Part shown: in pieces, positions 13,616 to 26,022 of the stretch
Position numbering within the stretch: position 1 is the first letter of the stretch
Layout: each line of letters begins with the position of its first letter
Origin: Octopus sinensis
Taxonomy: Eukaryota
NCBI RefSeq assembly: GCF_006345805.1
Contig: NC_043001.1
Span: 6,510,001 to 6,574,000, forward strand
DNA length: 64,000 nt
Reading direction: 5' to 3'
Notes under the pieces: model-generated
Told to the model about the DNA's origin: nothing
What the model saw: only the letters and a program-made list of their open reading frames with translations
Database searches by the model: none
Translations under genes and position numbers: made by a program

Positions 13616-14251
13616 CTGATACATACAGCACATTAAACCATATATTATAGTCCACTCTGCGCAAATGACAACTTATCACGTTCTTTTTTCATAAACGTCT
13701 GCATTTCCCTGGAATGCAACCCATGCGTTCCTTTAATGCCAAAATATCAATCCAATGCCTAAAATGTCTATGTATGAGCACCTGATCTACAGAAGATGTC
13801 AGGAATTCTTCACCGCTAATTATATTACCATTATAAAATATGATAATTATTAAATCCAAATTAGATGTGATAAATTCAAACTACATCGACTTTCAAAGAA
13901 GTTGACTGTGGATATTTCTACACTAAACTACCAAAGCTACCTAATTAAATGTCTGTTTCCGGGACATATGTACCCTTAGTATAATTCTTAGACACACTCA
14001 ATATGAAAGAATGTATGACAGAAACTGCCATCTGAATACCAAACACGTACGATGATACCTACACAGATCGCAAAACTTTTTGATTTCCGAACTATAGTTC
14101 TCAGTCAGGTATTTAATTCATAGGTATCTTCTGTTGAACTTTAAAGTTACGTGGATGGAAACAAACCTACACCGGTTGTCAAGTATTAGCAAGGCACATA
14201 TCACAAGAAGCGTCGTTCAAAATTCACACACACACATACACACATACACAC

Positions 14252-14294
<43 letters not shown>

Positions 14295-14329
14295 TGAGAA
14301 CGATAGATAGATAGATAGCTCGATCTAGG

Positions 14330-14403
14330 GTGTACCTGCTGAAGAAGTTTTCGCCCAGCAAATTATTTTATTTGCTAAAAAAAGTCTGAAATCGTTGGTC
14401 CAC
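14330..14403 (+). ncRNA. Degenerate type I hammerhead-like motif
   Basis: gtgtacc-tg-CTGAAGA-ag...agcaaat/atttgct...ct-GAAA-tcg-tt-ggtccac; stem II hairpin evident, stem I imperfect. Confidence 0.3.
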
Positions 14404-14901
14404 GACTTAGATGATAAATGTTTTAATTTTTCATTCCCTTCGAAATTTTATCCCTGATAGTGGTTTGGAATTTAACTGTCCTCTCTAGCGTCCAAGGAGT
14501 CCTATGATGGATGCATCTTACGTGTTTAAGTGTACACTATATTTATATGAATAATTTATAGTCGACTAAAATTTTACACGCTACGCCAATGTTAATAGAA
14601 ATTTCAAATATTTCTGTTTAACTTTGATATCACTAATTATATATATATATATATATTTATTTATTTATATATATAATTATAAACAAGGGCAAATGAAAAA
14701 TGATTTTTTTGCCAAATGCTGAGAATAGACTTTAAATCGTTAATCACCACTTGTTATATTTCGGAATGGTCATTTTGCCAGTTTAGCCAATAAAAACACA
14801 CGAACTACACATTTGGTGTTATTTTGCTCCAGTGTTATTTATTTTTTACATTAATCTTAATCTTATTTCGGCCAGAGTTCTTTCATCATACTCCTCTACC
14901 G

Positions 14902-15480
14902 TCATATGTTGTGGTGGGTGCTAGTGTTCCATTCCAGTTTCCTATTCAGGCTAGGTTTATCTTCTATTATGTGTGTAGCTTCTGTAATTTGTCTGATTGT
15001 TACATCTGTTCAATGTGTGGACAATATTTTAATTTCTATGTTGTTGATTGAACCCCGTGTTCCTGTTCGGCATGTTGGTACATAATCGATGAGCTTTTAC
15101 CTTCCTTGAGTTCTCTCCAACGATCATTTACCCGCTCTCCTATGCTTCTTGCCGTTTCCCCTACGTATGTCGTTGTCTTGTTACTGCATCGTCCCTCTAT
15201 ACATATTATACTATAGACTACATTTCTGGATTTACAGTTTGTTTGTGGGCTAAATCTACATACAGAACAGTACTTATCCGTACAGGGGGCTCTACTAAAA
15301 GGATAGGTTCTACCAATTATAGATTCGACAGCGTTGCCTGGCTTTTCAACAACCTTAATCCTTAGCTTAAGTTTGTCTAAGGTCCTTCTAAAGCGGTACG
15401 CCAGTTCACCTCCAGGGGTGGTGTCAACGAACATGACACTCTGGTATTTATGGCTATCATACCAAGATTTGGCCTCCCCT
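14902..15480 (-). mobile_element. Penelope-like element remnant: linker plus GIY-YIG endonuclease (pseudogenised)
   Basis: GEAKSWYDSHKYQSVMFVDTTPGGELA...CKSRNVVYSIIC...YVGETARSIGER...QHAEQEH, then after a frameshift RQITEATHIIEDKPSLN; typical PLE GIY-YIG layout. Confidence 0.85.
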
Positions 15481-15519
15481 ATTTTCTATTTTGTCCTTTC
15501 TATAGTGTTCCATATAAAC

Positions 15520-15570
<51 letters not shown>

Positions 15571-15571
<1 letters not shown>

Positions 15572-15900
15572 TAAGCAATAAAGGGTTTAGCAACGAATTG
15601 CCTTACCACATACGAATTTAGAAATAGCAGTCAAAGAGTTATAGGTATTTCTTCTACTAAAAAGGGAGATCTCAGTAAAAACAGCAATTGGAAGGCAGAC
15701 ACAAACAGGTAAGAGAGAATGAATTGACGGCAATCTATCATACAATTTTAAGTTATCTACGGACGTACGTTTCGAAATCAAGTTTTTAGGAAAGGATAAG
15801 AATTAAATATTAAATAATTCTATCTTACCAAAACTTCTTTTCTCTTCAGCGTAGAATACTATAATCATAAATGATTATATATTGAATTTTGAGATACTAG
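15571..15900 (-). mobile_element. Penelope-type pLTR-like repeat carrying an HHR
   Basis: Reverse-complement match to 16207-16400; contains the HHR at 15756-15855; PLE origin inferred from the HHR and inversion structure. Confidence 0.6.
15756..15855 (-). ncRNA. Type I hammerhead ribozyme, intact core, extended stem II
   Basis: tctacg-CTGAAGA-gaaa...tttc-GAAA-cgtacg-TC-cgtaga; stem I 6 bp, G10.1-C11.1, stem III palindrome ACGTACGT, GUC site; further stem II pairs aagtttt/aaaactt and gaatt/aattc. Confidence 0.8.
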
Positions 15901-16065
15901 AAGGCACCAACTCAACTCAGTATCAGAGCGAGCTAGAATCCGCAACTAGTATCACTAAATTCAATGCGTGAATGAAAAGATTGTGTCACCAGCCCCTTCC
16001 CACCCGCGTGTAGCCAAAACAAGATGCTGTGGTCATCTACTGAGATAAAATATGGTTATCCGTAA

Positions 16066-16496
16066 TAATGAAGGGTGAAATTAATTAATTTGGAATAATT
16101 ATCAATTACACCAAGTAGTCTTCGGCATGTAAAAGCCCCATTCGAGGAGAATTTAAGTAATACTAAGCAATAAAGGGTTTAGCAACGAATTGTCTTACCA
16201 CATATAACGTCCGTGGATAACTAAAAAAATGTATGATAGATTGCAGTCAATTCATTCTCTCTTACCTGTTTGTGCCTTCCAAATGCTGTTTTTACTGAGA
16301 TCTCCCTTTTTAGTAGAAGAAATAGCTATAACCCTTTGACTGCTATTTCTAAATTCGGTATGTGGTAAGGCAACTCGTTGCTAAACCCTTATTGCTTAGT
16401 ATTACTTAAATTTTCCTCGAATGAGGCTTTTACATGCCGAAGACTACTTGGTGTAATTGATAATTTTTCCAAATTAATTAATTTCACCCTTCATTA
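16066..16496. repeat. Inverted repeat with about 138 bp arms (16066-16204 and 16359-16496), PLE 5'-inversion-like
   Basis: taatgaagggtgaaattaattaatttgg...ttaccacata versus tatgtggtaagg...aattaattaatttcacccttcatta. Confidence 0.9.
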
Positions 16497-16517
16497 TATA
16501 TATATAATATATATATA

Positions 16518-17407
16518 CAGGGCGCGATGGGTAAATTGTCGCCATAAAATATCTTTCATTTCGCACATGCTCGTTTTTTGTTGGTTATTTTGTCGACTAC
16601 ACAGTGGAGAAGGACCATATAGGCGCTGTCTGTGAGAAGAAGAGCATCATGATACAATTCACTCTGCCAGAAATTTGGAAGCGATATAGTGCACTGCTTG
16701 GCATTCGCGCCGGAAGCTCCAATACGAATATTTCAGAGTATTTGGGTGTCAGTCTGAGGATAGTGCAATCTGAGATTATGTACCGTGAGTGATACAAATG
16801 AAACATTCAGTCAACATCATGGTGTTTGGAGTGATCATTAGTGATGGCAATGTTATGCTTCCATTCATCTTCCCACATGGCCTTCAAACTTAATACGGAG
16901 GCCTACATAAAGTGCCTGGAGAAAGAAGTGCCACTCTGGGTCAAGTGGGTGGCTTCTGGAAGGACCTATGTCTGGTAACAGAACTCTGCACCATGCCACA
17001 TAAGCAGGAGAACACAGTTATAGCTGTCAGACGATTTCTGCGACCGCATCACTCCTAACAACTGGCCACCTAACTCTCCAGACTGCAACCCCGCTTGATT
17101 ATCATGTGTTGGGTGCAGCTGCGCAAGAGACCAACAAAACTCCTTGTAACACCAAAGATGAATTGAAGGCAAAGATTATGGCAGCGTCCACCAACTTAAG
17201 CAACAAAACACTTCAGAAGAGCTGCAGGAGATTCTGAAATCTTCTTAAGGCTGTGGTTGACGCCATTGGCGACTTTATTGAATACATTTACTCTTTAGTA
17301 TTTCATGATATTTTAATGTAATTTTGGTAAATATATCTGTTAAAATGAATTTTTTGTGTTATTTTCATTTCTGCGTAATTTAGACGATAGTTTATTGACC
17401 GCATCCT

Positions 17408-17408
<1 letters not shown>
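16518..17408 (+). mobile_element. Defective Tc1/mariner DD37D (maT-like) transposon
   Basis: TA-flanked imperfect TIRs (cagggcgcgatgggtaaattgtcg, cgatagtttattgaccgcatcctg); remnant NIMVFGVI...W*QNSAPCH...WPPNSPDCNP/LDY with 37 residues between the second catalytic position (D to N) and the third D. Confidence 0.85.
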
Positions 17409-17414
<6 letters not shown>

Positions 17415-17484
<70 letters not shown>

Positions 17485-17694
17485 TACACACACACACAGT
17501 CATACACACACACACACAGACATACACACACACACAGTCATACACACACACAAAACATGGATTAAAAACTTGTCAAGAAAATACGAAAATGCCAGATTTT
17601 CACCAATTTCAATGTCACGATGAGCGAAAAGCGGAACCAGTCGACAATCATAATATTCCATGCTTTAATATATATATATATATACATGCATACA

Positions 17695-17774
<80 letters not shown>

Positions 17775-17810
17775 CGTGTAAGTGTGTGTTTGTATGTGTG
17801 TGTGTGTGTG
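17415..17810. repeat. (CA)n/(TA)n compound microsatellite
   Basis: Direct reading. Confidence 0.95.
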
Positions 17811-18431
17811 AGCGTATTTGCAACGAGCTTTAATAAATTCACTGTCAGCCAATTATACTCAGAAGGTTTTATTTATTTCGTCTGAGTCCATTGCGGAAGA
17901 CTCTTAGTAAATCTGCTGGGCTGTGGGACCGAACGTTAAGCAATGTGAGTGTAAAATGAATTTCTTTTGTTCTGGGTGCTGAGTGCCTGTAAGGTCACCG
18001 ATATTCCTCTTATAGAAAAATTCAAAGCGACAAGTGTTCAAAAAATTCATTGGCTTTGCCGTTAGATACACGACATAAATGCAGTACTGTTCTTAAGACG
18101 ATTATCTCGAAATCTACATTGTTTAAGGTTCCATAGAATTGCGGGTTTATGCGGAAAAGTGCACTGTAGAATAATCCGACATTGGCCGAAGAATTTGGGT
18201 AAAATTTGGTAGACAGATATTATATAGATATCAAACAACAGGACAGTTCTCATTCTTGAGTATAGAGGTAGTCTGTTGGCATGTCTTGCACGGCCGTCTT
18301 ACTGTTTGTTGCATAGAGTAAAATTGTATATTTTACTAGAATTTAGGCCATGGGTATGGTTTTAGGCAAATGACATCTTTCCCTTCCAACTGCAGAAATC
18401 TTGAACGTCGTTCGTCCAACTTTGACTCTCT

Positions 18432-18572
18432 TACCCTTTTACTCTTTTACTTGTTTCACTCATTTGACTGTGGCCATGCTGGAGCACCGCCTTTAGTCGA
18501 AAAAATCGATCCCAGGACTTATTCTTTGTAAGCCTAGTACTTATTATATCGGCCATTTTTGTCGAACCGCAA
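18432..18572 (-). mobile_element. SINE family 2, 3' end
   Basis: Reverse of ggcggtgctccagcatggccacagtcaaatgagtgaaacaagtaaaagagtaaaag. Confidence 0.85.
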
Positions 18573-19589
18573 AGTCATTAATCATATTATTAATCCACAC
18601 TCATATTATTAATCCACAGCCGATCTTGCGTTTAATCATTTCAGGGCCAATAAATTAAGTACCAGTGGAACATTAGTGTCAATGCAACCGACTAGTTCCA
18701 CCCCAGCCAAATTTCAGACGTTCTGCCTTCAGTAGAAAATGTTATTAACCTTACTGCTTAACATACATCCGTCATGCTTCTGTCCCAAACTATAGAAATA
18801 ATTTTCACAGTTATTTTCAACATGCAACTGACGAAACAAATGCAAATATTTGCACTTCTGAAGCAAAACAGAAACAAAAGTGAAAACAACTCATTCAAAC
18901 TTTCGCAGCAAGTTGACGATAATCCAAACAATAGACGGGAGTATTTCATTACAGAAATGTATTCGTATTACGGAGACAGAAAAGAGACATTTGCCATTAT
19001 ATAATGAAAACCATTCCAACTAGGATTTGTTTCGAAATCCCAGTAGTGTCGGATATATTCTTTCATCTTTTAGTGTCAACTTAATAATACTACGCTGTTG
19101 TTTGTTTCAATTGAATCAACTATAACTGCTTAATATTTTTATTTCTGTATGAATATTGTTTGATAAACAGGTTGCTATTATTTTCATAGCCGTATTCTAA
19201 AATGCACATTATCTAACTTAAACATACATTTCTACTAATATAGATTTTATTATTTTAATATGCACTCATAAATAATAGGATCTCAAAGTGCATTATAAAA
19301 CATATACATCTGAACTAATAAACTAAATATTTATTTAAACTTTAAGTTAATAGCATGCATTATCGTTACTCCTATCTATCTTTTTTTACGAGCGTGCTTA
19401 CATTTGAGCAGAGCTGGACACACTCTTGTACCTCCCACACTCAACATCAAGAGTGGGGGTGAGGAAATACTGCTATACCAGAATTCTGCTGATGCTCAAT
19501 TTGCTCTGAATAGAATTATGTGAAATGTAATCCGTTGCTTAAACTGTTAACCTCTGGAATTGAAACCGAAAACTCTTATTATATTATAT

Positions 19590-20187
19590 TATATTTTCGA
19601 TCTAGTTTGGATTCTTTGCCATCAAATTTGAATTCTTTGGAATCAAATTTGAATTCTTCAATTGGTGCTGAAGCCTTGAAAAAAATAGAGTTATACTACA
19701 TCAGCCGTAAGGGAATACATGTCTATCTTATCTAATTCGTCCAGTAGAGCCCACCAATTGATATCTGAAAAGTTCGATGAAATAACTCATGAACACTGCG
19801 ATAGCTTCTACCAAAATATGATTGAACACATTTACGTCGTCGACCGGTCTGAACAAGGGGAAATAATAGAAAAAGAATCATTCGTTTATTATTTCCCCTT
19901 GTTCAGATCGGTCAACGACGTAAAAATGTTGAATCATATTTTGGTAGAAGCTATCGCTGTGTTCATGAATTATTTCATCGAACTTTTCAAATATCAATTG
20001 GTGGGCTCTACTGGACGAGTTAGAGAAGATAGACATGTATTCCCTTACGGCTGATGTAGTTTAACTCTCTGTTTTTTTCAAGGCTTGAAAACCAATTGAA
20101 AAATTCAAATTTGATTGCAAAGAATTCAAATTGGATTGCAAAGAATTCAAATTTAATGGCAAAGAATCCAAATTAGATCGAAAATAT
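19590..20187. repeat. About 600 bp fold-back palindrome (MITE/foldback-like) with subterminal 21-bp tandem repeats
   Basis: Arms of about 280 bp, centred near 19872; terminal ttttcgatcta/tagatcgaaaa; aaagaattcaaatttgattgc units. Confidence 0.9.
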
Positions 20188-22599
20188 CTGTATTATCTCG
20201 AGAGTAATAATCTGATACAAAATGTCCCGCTCCATCACTGAACTGAATTAGAGAGTACAGCAAATGTAACTCCCGTTTATTACACGGCTATTGTTGAGGC
20301 GTTTGTGAAGGTAGACGAGTAATAACGATGCCTTCTCGTAGCTAAAATGTATTATTGTTTTTTTTTTCATATTTTACATTGCTTTGGTTGGTTGACATCC
20401 TACTTTTACATTGATATGTTTATCATTAATGGTGAATCAGAAACTAACGTTTGTTGCACACTGTAAATAATGAATAAATTGTACTAACGTAAACTGTTTA
20501 AATTCATATCTCATTGTTAAATTTAGGTTTCACAAACACATACCGTGTCTGTTATTTTCTTACATAGTTGTATGTAGAGTAACCACTCCAAAATCAAGAA
20601 AGATTCTAATTGTTGACAAATACTTTAACAAAGATAGTCGCTTCTCTGAAAGATTTACTTGCATAGCTATCTTATCACGTTTGTAGCTTGACCCATTATC
20701 TACATTATATTGACGAGCGTACATTTGTCTGCTTTTGTTAATCATGTAGAATAAGTGGAGCTCACCAAATATTATGGGATAAATCATGGACTGCTGATAT
20801 ATTTCTTATTTAATAATTCGGTTTCCTTCATGCTGAATAAACGAAATCGTATTTCGTTGTTCGACAATGCAAAACACGAAACGATATATTTGTAAGTTAC
20901 TTACAAAAAAAGAACACTATTGTCTTGTAACTATTAAGTGCTTACTTGATTTAAGATGAAATTGTAATTAATAATACACACACACACAGGAAGTTCGAGG
21001 ATGCAGTATATTCTAGTAAGGGATATATAATTCTGTTAGCATTGAATTATGTGACAGTAATTTTAAAATGATTTTATTTATTGTTGTTGAGACGAGCATT
21101 GGGGAATTTCTTCTGTATATCATTTGGGCATTTGGGGAACAAATATGCTTTATGGACTCTCAAGTTCTGACAGCGCAAATGTACATAATTTCATGGATTG
21201 TCAATTAGAAAGCCTGAAATTTAATGAAAAATAGAATGAAACCTTAACTCGTTATACATTATGAGGGAAACAACACGAAATTTATGGTAATGGATATTTG
21301 GATAATTGTGATTCTTTGAAAACCTATACATACCGTTTGAAACCTAATCTTCAATAGATTGCTTTATGTCGTTATCAATGCTCAAATGATATTCCAACAA
21401 ATGGAGGAAGAATACAAAACTCATGTTGAAAAGTAAATGACAAAACGAATAAATATCCGCGATGTAAAAATTCATCACCAACTTGAAATAGCTGTCAGTC
21501 ATCGTTGAAAAACAAGAATGCTGAATTAAGAAAGAAAGGAAGCATTGTTTGGTGGAAAATGTGAAAATAATTTGTGTAATGGTGGAATTTACAAAACCTT
21601 CGGTTATAATGTGTGTGAAAATGGCTCATCACGATCTAAGCATAAAAACAACACATAGATCATGATATAATAATGGAATCTATGATACTAACTTCTAAAT
21701 ATATGGATGTTTTTTCAATTAAAAAGATCTTTTACAAAGACTAAATTGTAGCAGATTCAGAAAAAAAGATTCAATTACAGGATGTCGCAGATGAAGAAGT
21801 AATACCAGAATCCTTACGACCATGTGCTTGACGCCAGAGAAATTAGTTAAGTGTTTACGATGTCTCAATGTAATTAGTCTTTCCTTGGTTTTCACGAATT
21901 AGAATCCCGTCTTGGACCGATGTACATCCTGCGTGGGCAACTGTAATGTTTATCAGGCTTTTCTTTCTGTATCCTGTATTATAAGTGATACAAGATCATA
22001 CTTCTACTACTATTTATAAAATTTTGCGTCTCACAATCTTAAACACAGAACAACGTCTTCAAGAGTTAGAGTTCTACAAGCACGTCATCAATTTTTATTT
22101 CTACAAATTTTCTAAGATATTTTATGAAAATCGATTTAAATTAGACATTCAATCACGTACGGATTTCCGTCAGTTTTGCATTTTATCATTTAACATTTCA
22201 ATGTTTGAAACTTAAATCCTCTACATTGCTTAATTATACTAATCAGTAAAATGTGAAATGCCATTACTTTACCAATCGAGATTTGTCTATTATCTTAAAA
22301 AAAAATAAATAAATTTTACCTGAAAACACCCGAAGAATCGATTACTTAATGGCGGTTTCCAAGTGCAGTAAATTGACATCGATACTGCAATCAAGAAAAT
22401 AACCATTAACAACGCCATAGGTACCACCCTGCCACTTTGCCGATCAACATTCCACTCCTTATCTTCCTGAACACTTTTATATAACTTTATACTTTGTGAT
22501 ATTTCTTCTTTCCTACTTTCAATTCGACAAATTTTTACTTTTATTTTCCTTTCGCATCTCAGAGTTTTAAAATACTCTAGCTCATGTTACATTTTTAAG

Positions 22600-23100
22600 A
22601 AAGGACAACTGCCTGTTGTCAAGGATCTCACAGGGCCACATACGACGGGAATTAGCATCCAAATACCAATATCAAAATCTTCGTTGACCCCAATAAAGTA
22701 GTTTTCTGATCATATTCCACCATCATGTAAATCCTAATTTCTCTAAGAAATTGTCAACCCCGTTGCTGTTGGGGCTGTAAAGAAAAGCCCTACAACTACT
22801 GGGATGACATTTACTGTCTCCATTGCCCCCATTCGTGCAGTCTCATACTTCAGTGGATTATACTTGTCAATATTTTCTAGTTCTTTATCATCCATCCATG
22901 CATCTCATACTATGGCAATACTAATGATCAAGGTTTCCTTCTGCATTTTTACAACTTCAACCATGTCTTCCCTCAGATCATCAATCACTGAATCACTCTT
23001 ATAAAGAGGTTGTACTCATTATTCTCGAAGACTCCTTCTTGGTTACACACATACTATTTTACTGTCTTTTCAAGACCATTCTGCTTCCATAATTTCCAAT
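22600..23100 (-). mobile_element. Heavily decayed R4/Dong-like LINE, RLE domain remnant
   Basis: LIISIAIV*DAWMDDKELENIDKYNPLKYETARMGAMETVNVIPVVVG resembles IIDIAVPxD...KExEKIxKY...EIxRMW...VIPVVVGALG. Confidence 0.65.
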
Positions 23101-23134
23101 GGACATAATTAGCTACGTTCTCATGCCTCCTTTT

Positions 23135-23173
<39 letters not shown>

Positions 23174-23174
23174 G

Positions 23175-23895
23175 GTGATAAAATATCACAACTTATTTTG
23201 CTGGGCATGATGGAAAGCATCATGCTTTCAAGGAGACACTTGTTAACTGGTCATGCTTCAAGAACCCTGTGAAGAATTCTTACAGTTCAAAGCAATGCTG
23301 ATTTTTGTAGGTGTTCTACCTTCACATTTGCACCGATCTTTTTTTACCATGTTGATGGTTGAGTGCTGATACTCCCAAGTGCGCCAATTACTATTTGGTA
23401 TCACGTCTACTCTCCACATTGACCACAACCTTGGGTATTTTCCCACTTAAAATTGCCATAGTTGTATAAATTTTCTCCTTCTTTCTCTTTGAACCTGTCG
23501 TCATCCGGGCAAGCTATGTCGATTATCATGCAGCTTCTCTTTTTTTTTTATTCATCGCAACAATATCCGATTTCTGATGTCTGGTCATGTGATCGCACTG
23601 AATCATTGCATCCCACAGGATTTTGCAATTCTTATCCTCGGTGACACCTTCTAGGATTTACTCATACCACGTCTTTGCCCTTTGTAGGCTCTGGTTTCCA
23701 CAGAGCTACCAACGGATCATTCTTGTCGCATTGTCATGTCATCATTTGTATTCGCGTTGTGCCAATTTTGGACATTCGCTAATGATGTGCCATAAGGTTT
23801 CACACCTCTCACCATACATTCTGCACTTGTCGGTGTCGGTAGTGTTGTCTATACTTCACTTCACATAGCTGATCCTTAATGCTTGTTCTTGAGCT
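23175..23895 (-). mobile_element. Decayed R4/Dong-like LINE (CCHC knuckle plus RLE) ending at (TAA)n
   Basis: DKCRMYGERCETLWHIISECPKLAQREYK**HD...KILWDAMIQCDH...SDIV; (TTA)n at 23138-23172. Confidence 0.75.
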
Positions 23896-23902
23896 GTATA
23901 TA

Positions 23903-24110
23903 TTAGTTAGTTAGTTAGTTAGTTAATTTGGCTCAAAAGCAAATAGCAAGGCCATGTAGGGGGACATGGAGTTAAGTACAGGGTGGTGTTCATGTAAAGA
24001 GTTCAGGCCACTTGAGGTCCAGGGAGGCTTTGAACAAAACGGTCGTCGGCATCTTCACCATCTCGTCTGGCAGCTTGTTCCACGGATCCGCAACCCGGAC
24101 GGAGAAAGCT
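23903..24110 (-). mobile_element. CR1-type LINE 3' end with (TAAC)n tail
   Basis: AFSVRVADPWNKLPDEMVKMPTTVLFKASLD matches the CR1 C-terminal FSxRVVxxWNxLP...FKxxLD. Confidence 0.8.
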
Positions 24111-24239
24111 CCTCTCCTTATATCATATAAGTGCTTCTGTCTCTATCTTCAAGTCACTCCTCCTCATCCATAGCCACCGGTCGCATTATTATTGTTGTTG
24201 CTGTTGTTATTGTTGTTATTGTTAGTATTATTTAAGACA

Positions 24240-25140
24240 TCACACAGTATCCAATATCGTGATGTTTTTGATTGAAGATACTGTGTCTACCGGGGTTTGT
24301 ACTGTTTGTCAAGTCAAAACAAAGACCTCAGGGAGAGAATACGTTATGTAAAACGTATGCAGTTCCAAGTTAAAACCGATATTTGCAATACACCTTGATT
24401 GAAGGGTGTTTCTAAAGTTTCCCGAAGTTTTCTTCAGCTTCGGAATTATTGAACTCAATGCCCCGATGACAACATTTATGTTTGACTTTCGTAGTTACCA
24501 CATCTTAGCGATCTCAATTCTCAGGTTTCCATATTCATAAATATCTTTCATGTTATGTTGATCTTCTGTGACTGCAACGTCAATTATTAGGAACTCTTGT
24601 TTTTCCCTCCTAAAGGTTACTATAACCGGCCTTCGGTGATCTAACACGTTGTCTGTCTGGAAACCAAGGTCCCAGAGGACGTTTCCCTTTCCCTTTTTGT
24701 CAATTCCCTTTTCCGGTGTATCTTTGCACCACGCACTCGTTACCTCACATCCATAATTCCAGCATAGTAGCCAGTGTAGGTTTTCGTCTAACTTGTTGTG
24801 TCTACGCTTGTACTCTTCCTGTGCAAAACTTTCACAAACACTAACAATGTGCGTCAGGCTTTCCACCCTCTTCCCACACATTCTGCAGAGGTTCGTTACA
24901 CCGGTGGGGTATATATCTCTATTCACTGAGTTGGTATGCAATGCTGGAGCCTAAGCAGCGATGATTAGAATTCCAGGATTCTTTTTTAGGTCGCCCCTGC
25001 TGAGCCCACTCCATGATGCTTCCTGGTCCTTTAAGTTGTTAGTTTCACTGTGGACCTGACCATGTAATTCCATGCGAAGCACGGTTTCTTCTCTACCGTT
25101 GGCTGTTCGGACTAAGTACTGCAACAAACTAGTGTTCAAA
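24240..25140 (-). mobile_element. Decayed R4/Dong-like LINE (post-RT region, CCHC knuckle, RLE)
   Basis: ELHGQ...SWSGLSRGDLK...IIAA; CRMCGKRVESLTHIVSVC; EYKRRHN; LWDLGFQTDNVLDHRRP...IIDVAV. Confidence 0.85.
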
Positions 25141-25282
25141 GGCTTACAGATATCCAATACCCTGTCACAAATATTGAGAAAACTATGTGTGGACGTACAT
25201 GTTTCAAAAAGTAGTCATCCTCCTCTCCACAATATCGGATGCACCAACGGCACGACATGAGGTAGAGACGAATGTAGCAGAA

Positions 25283-25412
25283 TCAAACTTCCTCATACAC
25301 CAAATGGGCCAACAGGCACATACAGGAGTATCGAGGAGAAACCCGCCAACCTGAGAGAAATGGCAAGACCACGGTGGTGCTCCAGCATGACTGCATCTTC
25401 ATGCCTGAAACG
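25283..25412 (+). mobile_element. LINE/SINE 3' terminal fragment
   Basis: ggtggtgctccagcatgactgc...gaaacgaatgaaagaata, same terminal motif as the CR1 at 10627 and SINE family 2. Confidence 0.55.
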
Positions 25413-25457
25413 AATGAAAGAATATATTTATATATGTGTATGTGTGTGTATGCATAT

Positions 25458-25492
<35 letters not shown>

Positions 25493-25616
25493 CATGTGTG
25501 TGTATGCATTTATACATACACACACTTATATATATATATATATATAAATGCACACATATATACATACATATATATGCATGTATAGGATGTGTGTTTGCGT
25601 GTGTGTGTGTGGATGC

Positions 25617-25670
<54 letters not shown>

Positions 25671-25778
25671 ACATATATACCTCTTCTCCGCTTTCTATGT
25701 AAACACTCTTATGTTATTTTTGAAACGTGTAAATATATTGTCTAATTCCACCATCGACCTTGTGGCAAATACACCGAA

Positions 25779-25854
25779 ATTGTTGTTGTTGTTGCTGTTT
25801 TTGTTATTATTATTATTATTATTATTATCATCATCATCATCATCATCATCATCA

Positions 25855-25948
<94 letters not shown>

Positions 25949-26022
25949 CATCATCATCATCATCATCATCATCGTTGTTGTTGTTGTTGTTATTCTAGTT
26001 GTTTTTTGTCGTTGTTGTTGAT
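25779..26022. repeat. Compound trinucleotide microsatellite TTG-TTA-TCA-TTA-TCA-TTG
   Basis: Direct reading. Confidence 0.95.

Noticed and set aside
19719-20054. 111-aa plus-strand ORF
   Set aside because: Lies entirely across the centre of the fold-back palindrome; no recognisable domain
20040-20100. ctgatgt ... gaaa in the 19.6-20.2 kb palindrome as an HHR
   Set aside because: The other arm lacks the GAAA, and no stem I or III can be formed
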